Of a stretch of 64,000 nt of DNA, positions 1-13,094 are shown piece after piece. Below the pieces are notes generated by a model. The model saw only the letters and a list, made by a program, of their open reading frames with translations, ran no database searches and had not been told where the DNA came from. Origin of the DNA: Camelus dromedarius (taxonomy: Eukaryota); contig NC_087436.1 of the NCBI RefSeq assembly GCF_036321535.1, positions 53,446,001-53,510,000 on the forward strand. The letters are read 5' to 3'. Position 1 is the first letter of the stretch, and each line of letters begins with the position of its first letter. The translations under genes and the position numbers were made by a program.

Positions 1-868
1 AAGAATGAAATCTTGGCTTATGGGACAACATGGATGGACCTCAACGGTATCATGCTAAGTGAAAAAAGTCATACAGAGAAAGACAAATATTGTATGATTT
101 CACTTATATGTGGAATCTAAAAACCAAAACAAATGACCAAACATAACAAAATAGAAACAGAATCATAGATACAGAGAACAAACAGGTGATTGTCCAGGGG
201 GTGGGGATGGGGGTTTGGGAGCTGAAAGAAATAGGTGAGGAAAATTAAGAGGTGCAAACTTCCATTTGTAAAATAAATGAGTTATAAGTATGAAATGCAC
301 AGTGTGAGGAATATAGTCAATATGTAATATCTTTGTATTGACAGATGGTAACTAGATTTATCATGGTAATTATTTTGAAGTATAGAAACATCAAATCACT
401 ATGTTGTGTACCAGGAACTAACATAGTGTTATGGTCAATTATACTTCAAAAACAAACAAACTCATAGAAAAAGAGATCAGGTTTGTGGTTACCAAAGGTG
501 GGAGGTGGGGGGAGGAAGAATTGGAGGAAGAATTGGATGAAGACAGTCAAAAGGTACAAAATTCCAATTATAAGACAAATAAAGTATTAGGGATGTAATG
601 TACAACATGATTGATTAACATAATTAACACTGTTGTATGTCATATATGAAAGTTGTTAAGAGAGTAAATCCTAAGAGTTATCATAAGGAAAAAAATTTTT
701 TCTGTTTCTTTAATTTTGTATCTATATGAGATAATGGATATTCACTAAACTTATCATGGTCATCATTTCATGATGTATATAAGTCAACTCATTATGCTAC
801 ATATATTTTAAACTTATACAATGCTGTATATCAATTATATCTCAATAAAATGGGAAGAAAAAATAAAG
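1..868 (+). mobile_element. LINE-1 3' end fragment(s), L1MA-like, in ADH4 intron 1
   Basis: Typical L1 3' motifs (atggatggacctc...atgctaagtgaa, cacttatatgtggaatctaaaaa, tatcaattatatctcaataaaa) ending in an A-rich tail; subfamily is a guess. Confidence 0.8.
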
Positions 869-1572
869 TTGATCAAAAAGATACGTGACCCTCATGCTAA
901 GAATTTACTCTAAGAAATAACTGTAAATTTGCCAAAATGCTTACTACAAGGGTGTTCAAATAAATATTATTACAATGGCCAAAAAAAGAGAGATTTGAGT
1001 AACACCTTCACAATCATAAAATAAAATTTGCATTTGTTGGAAATAATGTTAGAAAAGAATATGGAAAATATTAATAGGTGGAAGAAAGTAGATTACAAAA
1101 CATTACTTACAATATGGTCCCATGTGGAAAAACTCAAAATATTTACTTCAAAATCATAAAATGAGTGACAAAATTACAGATATATTGTTTCTTTTTTTAT
1201 TTGAATTTTGAAACTTTCCATAATTAACATATGTTGTACTTGTCATAAGACAAATGATAGTTAAAATATAATTCAAAACTGCATAACAGGTATTTAAAAA
1301 TATGTATTTTTGTGAACAAAGACTGGGAAAATCATACCAAAAGTAAAAATAGTAGCATTAGAATGAAGGAGTGTAGGTTTGTTTTTCCCACTTCCCTTCA
1401 ATGTTACTTATATTCTAAATTAAAAGTATAATATTAAGAGGCTAAAATGTTTTTAATCTGGGGATTATAGAACCTTTAATGCTTAATTTCTTTTCATACA
1501 TTTATATTCAAAGAGGTAAAATTTTTATTTAATTTATATTCTACTGATAAATTTAATAATTATGTAAGCCTC

Positions 1573-1728
1573 ACTTCTCAAACTTTTATGTGCATATAAA
1601 TCACATGGGGATCTTATCCAAATGCAGGTTTTGATTCAGTGGATTTGGGGCAGGGCTTGTAGGGCTAGCAAATTCCCAGGTGGTATCCATAACTGCTGGT
1701 GTCAGGGAGGTTCACATTTGAGTAGCAA
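1573..1728. mobile_element. MER5-like hAT DNA transposon remnant
   Basis: cttctcaaactt...aaatgcaggttttgattcagtggatttggggcagggc...cacatttgagtagca resembles the MER5A consensus as recalled; boundaries approximate. Confidence 0.55.
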
Positions 1729-2054
1729 AGATGAAAAACACATCTATGCTCTAGCAATAAGGATTCATATAACACAGATCTGATAACAATTTGTTCAATC
1801 AACAAATACATACTGGCCATCTACCCTGTCCAAATCCTCTAAATTTATTGTCTCCGTTCTGGAGAAAAAAAAAATCAAGGCTTTAAACTTTAATACACCT
1901 GCTCTTTTCAAAACTTAATGCAGAAGTTGACTTCTTATTTTCAATTACATTCACTTGTCTTTAAAATAATATAGCTATACGTAACATCCAGCCACAAACT
2001 CCAAAACTCTTTCATGAAATAATGGCATCAAAATGCTCTTTAATTTTTCCCATG

Positions 2055-2493
<439 letters not shown>

Positions 2494-3455
2494 TGAAAAA
2501 AGAAAAAACAAATAAACAAACAAAGAGGCATTATCCCATTATCCCCAGAAAGAGTGAATTATAATTATTTGTCAGTTGTTCTTGACAATGGGCTTAAATC
2601 TAATTGAACTGTCTTAACATTAATCATTAACCCTAAGAATCAGACAAAGGAATTCATTTTAGATTAGAATTAGGTACCTTTTCTTTTTGTTTTCCAGTTG
2701 CCAGTTATTGGAAAGTGTTATTAAAAGGAAGACTCAGATTGTGGTTCAAAACAAGGAAAGATCTGAAGTGCTGCCCTGGGCAGCATAGAGGTCTTGGGTG
2801 CCCAGGGCAGGGGACAAGCGCGAGATAGCAGGGAGAAGAGAGGGCATTGAGCAGAGAGGGACCATATGCAACAAAATGGATGAATTTCTCCATTTTCCCC
2901 ACAGCTGACCTGGCTTATATTTTTCCTCAGGATCACCACAGTAAGAGTTTATCCATGAGAATGAGTGGGATATCCTCATGAACAGAATCCTGAAGGTTTA
3001 CAGGGAAACATTCATAATTAATTTAGGCAATTCTTTATTTGACATCTCCCTTTTAACAATAAAAGTTTTGTTACCTCAATTTTATTTCATGTAGTTTCAA
3101 CAAAATTTGAACAAGCCCTAGAAACCTGTGTTCCCTCCACTCCCTCTACCTAATAGACTTTAACTTTTCCCTATTACCTCTGATCTCGCCTCTCCTGGAG
3201 ACAGTAACTGCCAATTCTACCTCTTTGCATGATTTTCCAGGGACAGTAAAGGAAGAAAACAAAGATGCATTAAGAAGAAAGAATATATCTTAATGTATTT
3301 GAATTGTTCTTTTTTTTTTTTCAAAGTACAATTTTTTCATTGAGCTCTAAGAGTGTTATAAAGTTTCAAGGTGACACTGGAACTAAAGTAATCCTCCTAA
3401 CCACACCAGTAATATAATTACAGAAACAAGACTCAAGTCTGTGGTTGCTTTGTAG

Positions 3456-3597
3456 ATAATCGCCACTACCCTGTGCCACACTGATGCCCACATGATCCAT
3501 CCTCAATATGAAGGGGCTTTTTTCCCAGTGATCCTTGGCCATGAGGCTGCAGGAATTGTGGAAAGTGTTGGGCCAGAAGTGACCAACTTCAAACCAG
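3456..3597 (+). CDS. ADH4: ADH4 exon 3 (catalytic Zn ligands Cys46, His67)
   Basis: 142 nt, [51 protein letters not shown]. Confidence 0.95.
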
Positions 3598-4294
3598 GTA
3601 TTTTATTTTCTGATTCCAATTAAATGAAAATTTCAGGATATTTCAGGGATAATTCCTGATACAGCCCTGCCTTTTCATGTTATAACTGGTATTTATTTAC
3701 ATAAGGGGACCATCTTTTCCAAAGCAAAACTGAGACACACAATCTATAACAGATTAATGAGACAGAATATTTGCAATCAGAACTGTCTAACAAAGTCTGG
3801 GAAATATGATCACCTTGTTTACAGATAGCACTGAGAAATTGTCCTATGAAAATCCTACAAGGTGAGCTTACACTGAAGCTTCCATGGAGGCACAAATGAC
3901 AATTTATAACAAACTTCCCTAAATAAAACAGAAAACTATTTTAATATGATAAGAAATTAAAAGAATGATAGTTTATAGATAGCTTAAGTGAGAAATATGC
4001 ATATGTCAATGTTAGCTTAAATGTCTTTTTGGAAGTTTGTAAGATAAAAATAATATGCATATAAAGTATGTCAATAACTGAAATTATTTACTTTACATTT
4101 TGTAACAGATCCACCAAATACTGGAATATGAGCTATGTAATCTTCACTTATCAGGCAGGATGAACCATTTCATTCTTTCCTCTTTTAATGAGGACACTCC
4201 AAGCTTAGAGGTATGTTAGTGTCTTTCCATTCCAAACAAGCTTATGGAAATAAATTGCTCTCCAAAATTTGGCATCCATGAAGAAGTATGGCCA

Positions 4295-4510
4295 ATGTAG
4301 TCCCAGCTCTGCCACTCACTGGCTGTGCTACCATAGCCAGTTAAGTCACTTTAAAGTGTCTCAGCTCAGATTTCTGTTTTCTAAAGTAGGGACAATAATA
4401 GTACCCATCTCAAAGGGTTGTTCTGAGAATTAAATGGGATCATACATGCAAGCAGTTAGAATGATGACTGGCATGTAATAAATGCTGAACAAATGTTAAT
4501 TATCATTATT
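4295..4510. mobile_element. MIR SINE remnant
   Basis: cccagctctgccactcactggctgtg...aataatagtacccatctcaaagggttgttctgagaattaaatg matches the MIR core; boundaries approximate. Confidence 0.65.
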
Positions 4511-4982
4511 AGACCTTGGTCATCAGAGGATAAAAGTCATTATTAAATTAAAATTGAATAAAAATTAGAAAAATGTAGAATTTGAGAGTGAATTAAATGG
4601 TAAAACATGGAGAAGATGTATAGTTTACTCTCCATATCTAGCCTATTGCCCACTCCTATTATATAAGGATGCCCTATTCCATGCAGGATGTTTAGAAATG
4701 TAATAAATAACGGTCATGATATAATAAATAATAGTCATGATGCAGAATGTTGCAATGCAGCAGAGGCTCAGACAGGACCCTGCACTTGATGATATCAATA
4801 TAGATGCATTGCTCAACTGCCCAGCAGAGAAACAAAACAAAACAAAACAAAGATAGAATATGCAATATTTGGGAGAATCAGCAATCTTGTAGGTTAACAA
4901 AATATTGTAGCCACGTATACTTCCCACTGAATATAAAATGTATACCATAAAGAATGGTGTTTTCCACCAATTCATCTAGTAG

Positions 4983-5126
<144 letters not shown>

Positions 5127-5535
5127 TAAGCTCCATAAACTATTAATAAGAGTATAAATTGGTACAAGTACGCTCAGCAGTACATTGGCAATACATAAAT
5201 GGAGTTGAAGATGTGCAAACTTTCTACTTACCAATTCTAGGTGTGCACAAAAAACTGTTGCAAAATCACCCAACACACTAGAATGATCATTGCAACACTG
5301 TAATAGCAAGCAATTGAAAAAGGGCCAAATGTTCATCAGTAAGAGAACAGATTAACAAATTGCTATGCAGTAACACAATGGAATTACTATATAACAATAA
5401 GAAAAGCTAAACTTGCTCTAAATGTATCAACATAGAATAACCTCACACATACAACGTTAATGGAAAGAAGCAACTTGCTGAGGAAAATTTAATAAGGGGT
5501 CATTTACAAAAACAATACCATATATTGCTTATGGT

Positions 5536-5537
<2 letters not shown>

Positions 5538-5586
<49 letters not shown>
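5538..5586. repeat. (GT)n microsatellite, ~24 units
   Basis: Directly visible perfect dinucleotide run. Confidence 0.98.
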
Positions 5587-5587
<1 letters not shown>

Positions 5588-6794
5588 CAAAGGTATTTAT
5601 CACCAGAAGGATAAATGCCAAATTCAGAATAATAGCTACTTCTGCAGGGGATGAGAGAGGAATGCAATGAGTTATAGTAAAGTAATGTATTTCAAGGCCA
5701 CATAGATATGTCTTGGAGCTAGATTTTGAACCTAGGCAGTCCGGCTCCAAAAGTCTTAATTGCCTTACTCTTTACAGAGACTGTAGAAAGAGCTATTCGT
5801 CCTTAATGCTAATTGAAACTAGTTATTTCAAAAGCTAAAATTTTACTACTCTTACATCTATTACTGTGACTCAATTTCCTCATCTATAAAATGACAACAA
5901 TAATAATGCCTATTTCACAGGGTGGTTGCAGATATTCAAAGAATGAATACAGCCTTTGGCAAACCAATGAAATAATAAATTTTGACAATGACCATCAATT
6001 CTTTCTAATGTCACAAAAATAGAGATAAGGTATTACGTGCCTCCAAGTGAAAATGTACACCACTTTAGAAATAGTCCTACAAAAACATAAAACCTGAATT
6101 AGATCCAAGCATTTAAATCAAAAATACTATTTTAGAGGAAATACAGGGATGGAGAAACATGTTAAACTAGCTTACAGAAATGTAATTAGAAAAATCTAAA
6201 GTGAGGAGAATTTTGTAGGACAAATGACTGTTCCTTCAACAAATAAATTGGAGGGAGAAAATAAGGGGGGGGGGTAAGAACCTATAAATGAAAAGAGACA
6301 AGAGACACAACAACTAAATGCAATGTGTAGAACTGAAAAAATCTTTATCTTTTAGACACATATACTGAAATATTTACAAATGAAATAGAGATGTCTGGGA
6401 TTTACTTCAAAATAGTCCAACATGGGGAGGGTAGGTGCTGGTGTGGAGGAGCAGGTAATAGATGAAACTAGATCAACCATGAGTTGATAATTGCTAAAGC
6501 TGTGAGATGGTTACATGGTTCATTTTACTATTCTTTGTACTTTCATTTATCTTTGAGTTTTCCAGAATAAAGTTTTTAATAGAGACATAAAAGAGTAATT
6601 GGCACCTAAGAGTTAAAAGAGTTCCTGGCACATAAGAAGCATTCAGTAAAAAGTGTATTATTATTGTCATTATCTTCAAACTACTTCTGGTATATGTTTA
6701 GGTGAAGAGTCTCAAGTCATTTTCTCAACTTTTCCATCGAATAAAATTATCATAACAAATATATAACGACTACTAATTTTTTTCAGGCAAGTAA

Positions 6795-7193
<399 letters not shown>

Positions 7194-10100
7194 TGATTTT
7201 AGGCAAGTTATTTAACCTCTCTACTCCTGTCTCTCTACAGTAATATCTACTACGTATAGTTCTGGGAATAATTAAATCATATTACATGTGTAAGACATCT
7301 GGCCCAGAGGTTAGCATATAGTTGGCACCCAGTTCATGTTAATTTCTTTTCCTTTACTAGCACCATAGATTATATACCATCCCTGATTTAAACACAGCCT
7401 GCTTAAATATGTCCCCTAATTACGAATGCTCGTCCTTGGACAGCAGACCCAGTCCAGAGACAGCAGAAACCCCCACCCATCTCCATATAGCCACCCTACT
7501 TTCTCCCTGACCTTTGCAGATTCCTCTCCCTCCAACTGTAATAATTCATCCTGCTTCTCACCCTATACCTTTGTGGCTTTGAGGAAGGGTCTCAGACGGC
7601 AGCCCTAATGGTAGCAAGATGCATCCCTGGAATCCCATGTCAGAATTTAGAAACTTTTACAAAGCTCTTTAACTGAGAGATCAGAGAGATGTCAATATAA
7701 CTTGGATGCCTCAAATAACCTCCTTATTTAAACCTCCTTGACATCAATTTTTAACCCCTGACTCTAAACTGCACAAAGCAACCAGAGTGGTCTTTCTAAA
7801 CAACAAATGTGAAAATTTCACACCCCTTTCCCTATTCCCCTCTTCCTTCAGTATGCTACAGTCATTCTCCATTTCTTCATTTCATGGCTCACTGTTCCCC
7901 CGGGCCTGACCCCCAGTCTTTGGGCTCTGAACTGTGGCCTGTGGACTTTTCATACCTGACGACTCCCACCAATGCTGCCTGGAAAGCTCCCCCAGTTCTT
8001 CTGGCTGACTCCATTTATTTGTCACTTCCTATTGGAAACCTACTCCAGCCTCCTGGGCACCCTTTGGATGTCCCTCCCAGTTTCCCCTAAAGTATCTGTA
8101 TCTATCCCTGTCTTTCTTCTATCACGCTATGGAGAGATTTCCCATTTACTTCTCCTTCCTATTAGACTAGTTGCTCCTTAAGGGCAAGAATTCTCTCTTT
8201 CACTGCGATATCTCCAGAGTCTAGCCCTGTGCCTAGCACATAGTAGGACCTTGATAACTTCTCAGCAAATGAATGAATAAAGCCAAGTTCATGTACAACC
8301 CCTAAAACATCTTCAGCTTTGCAATCCAAATATTCCTTTTTATCAGATCGCTTAGAGTTGTTCAGTGTCAAGGAAATAAATTCAGTCTAACCAAATAAAG
8401 AGGCTGATCTAATAGCCAGAATATCAAGATGTGACTTTCCTTTGAGAATTATATCAGCCAAGCAGATAGGATTGCTACTCTTGGCTCTCAGTATATTATC
8501 TCCCTCTAAAAATTCACTCACTCATTCATTCATTCAAAATTAAAAAATTAAAAACTATATGGAAATTCAAACTATACTCAGAAGGCTCCTGGAGGAAGGG
8601 TGTTGTTAGTTGGGTGGAGTTAAGAGCCAACGTGACCTTGGCAGTCAGGCATATTTTCCTCTAGGTAACATTGGAGACACAGGGAAGAATTATTGCTCTT
8701 TGCCTCCCCACCCCCACTGCCCTTTTCTGGAGTCTGTGCTATCACCTACTGTTCTAGTCTTTCTTCAGGAGTATTAACACTAGAGATTCAGCCACAATTT
8801 TCTTTTAAATCTGGTCAAAGCTCACCTAAACTTCCAGGACCCGCTCTTCCTGCTGTTGAGGAACAGCTAAACCACTTCGTGAGATGCTCAAAGAAAACTG
8901 GTAGGAACAAGAAGTGAAGTATCAGTAATTCTAGTCAAAAGGCAAGAGCTTTAATAATGTTTAATTTACTTCTGGGAAGAAAAGTGATGCAACAACTCTG
9001 ATTAATTATCTAGGAACCCTATCCCCCCAGCATCCTCAGAACTCCTAGTTCTTTTAAATCTGCTTGTATCCTTTACTGCCAAATTAATCACATTTCACAG
9101 AGATATATGGAAGCATGAAAATGACTGTAACAGTGTTGTTTGCTGATGGATAATCACCCACTATTCATAATCCTATGTTTAAGTGGAGGATACTATATAA
9201 TGACCCCCCCCCGCAGAACTACAATGAAAGACACTTTTACACACAGGAGTCCAGTTGTATAATACAACTGGTGCAGTGCATTCAATTTATGCACTGTTGT
9301 GAGCTATGTACAACTACTGCATACAACATTACTTCAATGAAAAATGCAAAAAAAAATGCATCCCACTTTCAGTGAGACTTACTTGCAAACTTTTTAACAC
9401 AGTCTCTAGAGAATATATTTGTAAATATACTAAACACATGCCACAAACTCACAGTAAATAGTACACAGTGTATATAGAACAAAATTCTGAATATTTGCAA
9501 AATACACATTTTACTTCACCTGAGTAGCAAAAGCCAGTGTCGGCATGCCTAAAATCGCATGTAAGTTAAAGTAAAATATATGTATTCTCTCTGTTCCTTA
9601 ATAATTTTGTTTCCAATTTAGAATGTATCAGTACTCCCCTTGGGCACATTTTCTCTTTCCCTTTTGCTTACACTTTAATTCTAAGTTTTTCATCACCATT
9701 AGAAAGTATTAGTTGAGCATCTCTCTGTATAGTAATTTTATTTTGCCACTATACCACTCTACAAAATAACATATTCCAACTACAGCAGCTTTCCTTATCA
9801 TCTTATATATGTTTCTATTTAATTCAATGTAACAAACATTTATTGAAGACCAAATATAGAGAAGATTCCTGATAACAATGTGAAAGATTACATGCCTTCA
9901 AAGATTTCACAGTCTTTGAAAGATACACATGCACACATACAAAATCAATCAAGACTAATTATAAATTGTATAATACAGAAAAAGCAAAAAGGTGGGCGCT
10001 AATTTCTAATCAAAGAATCAAGAAACGTTTCACAGGGAGAGTGTAAATTAAGCCTAGAAGTATAAGTTAGATTTTAATTAAAGTTAATACGGTGAAAAGT

Positions 10101-10702
10101 ACATCAGGCTGAGGGAATAGCATAAAATAAGACATGACAAAAGGAAACTGCTGTAGCACTGGGACATCATGGAGATGAAGTCGGAAGGTAACGGGACCAG
10201 AAAATGAAAAACCTTCAATACCATGCAAAGAAATTCACTTCATCCATTTGAATGAAGTGATGATTTGGGATGACTGAGTTAATTTACATTTAGAGAAACA
10301 TCAGTGGTCATTCAAAACCAACTATAACATTAATACAACTAAATAAGGCCTATTAGAAATATAGATGTCAAATTACTTGTGATCTATTTTTAAAAGAAAC
10401 CAATAAACCCTTTTAAATGTGTAAGCTTCAGTTTTTGTTCTAACACTAATGCAGAAAGGAAAACAAGAGAATAATTTTCACTTCGGTTTGTTCCTTATGT
10501 GCTAATAATTCCATTGGTCTTCAAATGTTTCTCCAAATTTAGCCAATGATTCATCCATCTTCACATTGGCAGATTTTCCCCATTTGACCGTATCATTTAG
10601 TCTTATGACAGGCAGTCTTTTATTCATATGTTGTTCCTACCCCCACCGCACTCTGTCCCTTTAAAAAGAAGTGAGACAGGCACTTGAAAAGTTCATTTAT
10701 AA

Positions 10703-10993
<291 letters not shown>

Positions 10994-11404
10994 TGATAGG
11001 GTGTAATAAATATCACTTATTAACATTAATAAACATTGATGTATGTGCACATTAATATATTTATATTTAATATAAATATATATGTGTATAAATGTTTATA
11101 TAAGCAATGGTTATTAATACTATATTAGATACTATTATGTTACATAACATATAATTAATTTATTAATAAATATTACTAATTATTACTTAATATTAATGTG
11201 TTACTAATGTGTGTTTTTCCTTCCACATGAAATTCAGCAAAAAATTTTAGAAAAAACTTAGAAATGAAGACCCATAATATTATGACCTCATTAGCTGGAG
11301 TCCCATTATTTTATATGCAGAGTTGTATAAATTTTCCCTAAAGCATTGTACATACCCACACTGGAATTCATGTTCTACTTTTCGTTTTTTGTTTGACCTT
11401 CCAG

Positions 11405-11540
11405 AGAGCAGCCATGGACAGCATAACAGTAGGTGGGGGATTATGTACAGTCATTGGAGTAAACGTTGGTGACAACGGATTGAATATTTCTGCAATGGAG
11501 CTATTAATGGGCCGTACCCTAACAGGAACAAGCTTTGGTG
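11405..11540 (+). CDS. ADH4: ADH4 exon 7
   Basis: 136 nt, AG/GT, RAAMDSITVGGGLCTVIGVNVGDNGLNISAMELLMGRTLTGTSFG. Confidence 0.92.
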
Positions 11541-12021
11541 GTCAGTTTATTTTTTTCTTTTAATTTTTTCCACAGTGGTACTCAAATTCTTATAATGAAG
11601 ATTATTGAACACAAAGGAAAATAATTTGTTGTTTAAATATTGAATGCCTAGAACATATCTGTTGATTATATGAAAGCTATTTATTCTACTAGTTAGTTAA
11701 AAGTAAATGGAGTTTGTATAGAAGGATAACTATAATTTGCAAACTGAAATTCGATTTCCATTAAAATGGACCAATATAGGGGAACAAAAGGTAAACTTTG
11801 ATGAAATTGAGATAATTCCTTATCTAGAAATAAAAAATAATCTTGAATTTTTCTTATAAAAAAATTTGATAAAAGTACAAAAAATTAAAGATGGTGAGGA
11901 GATAATCTATTTGAAGCAATCCAAATTTGACCTAATAATATCATTCATTTGAGAAACACTGATTAAACTACCTCTTCATGTCAAGCACCATGTCTTTATT
12001 TGGCATTTTGGCCAATTACAG

Positions 12022-12160
12022 GTTGGAAAGGTATGGAGTCTGTTCCAAAGCTAGCTGCTGACTACAAGAATAAGAAATTCAATCTGGATGCACTGGTGTC
12101 CCATACCCTCCCTTTTGACAAAATCAGTGAGGCATTTGACCTAATGTACCAAGGAAAAAG
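12022..12160 (+). CDS. ADH4: ADH4 exon 8
   Basis: 139 nt, [49 protein letters not shown]. Confidence 0.95.
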
Positions 12161-13094
12161 GTAAATTACCAAACAGATGGGTGAGCAGTTTGAAAAACCC
12201 TGATGATGATTCTATTTTCATTGGACGTTAAAAACTAACCAGTTTGTCTTTTCTGACACTCTCCACATCATCAGAAGTACTCAATGGGCTTAAAAGATTA
12301 AATAGTGACCATTTGGAGAAAAGCCTCCTACTCCATTTCCATAATGTACATGGCCATGCACTATTCTAATAAGAGTGATGGTATGAATTGACACAAATTT
12401 TTCATTTTCACAAACAATTAATTGTTAACTCAAGTAGGGCTGCTCCCTAGAGAAAGAGATTTCTACAGTGTAATGCCAGGTTCCCTTAGTACAATATAGC
12501 CCTGGGTCTGGAATCATTATGGTCTGCAATTGACACAGAACGCCCACTCCAGGCCCTTCATTATCAGAATCAGGTGATTCTGAAAATATGAGCAGTGAGT
12601 GGCAGGTGTCAACTCTTATTCTCTTGCTTTGTTATGGGAGTCCTATAAGTGCATTCTGATCCACAATTTTAGCTATATTCTGTTCCCTTGGCATAAACCC
12701 TAAGGACTGATTTATAGAAATTCCCAACTGGGTGATCCCTAGTAACTGGGGAGTAAGACTAGGATCAATAATTTTGGTTAAAATAATCAACCAGAGCATT
12801 GGTCAATAGAAGGAAGGACAAAACACCAGGAACAGTGTTGCATAGAGAAGATGCAAAAAGGCAACAAAAAGAAAAGACATCACAAAAGAGACAGGGTAAA
12901 AACATATAGTTAAATGACAGGAGTTTGAAACAGGGGATAAATGTTGCAAAAGAAGAAAACAGATCCATGGTGTGAGGACCCAGGATACTTCCTGGGGAAG
13001 AAACCTTAGAAAATATCCCTACTGACATGAACTCCCTAACTTGCAAAGGTTTTAGCTGCAATATCAAAAAGAAGTTCAATAAAAAGAAAAGAAA

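Noticed and set aside
11020..11210. Extremely AT-rich stretch with short inverted repeats in ADH4 intron 6
   Set aside because: Low-complexity AT sequence; such symmetry is expected by chance
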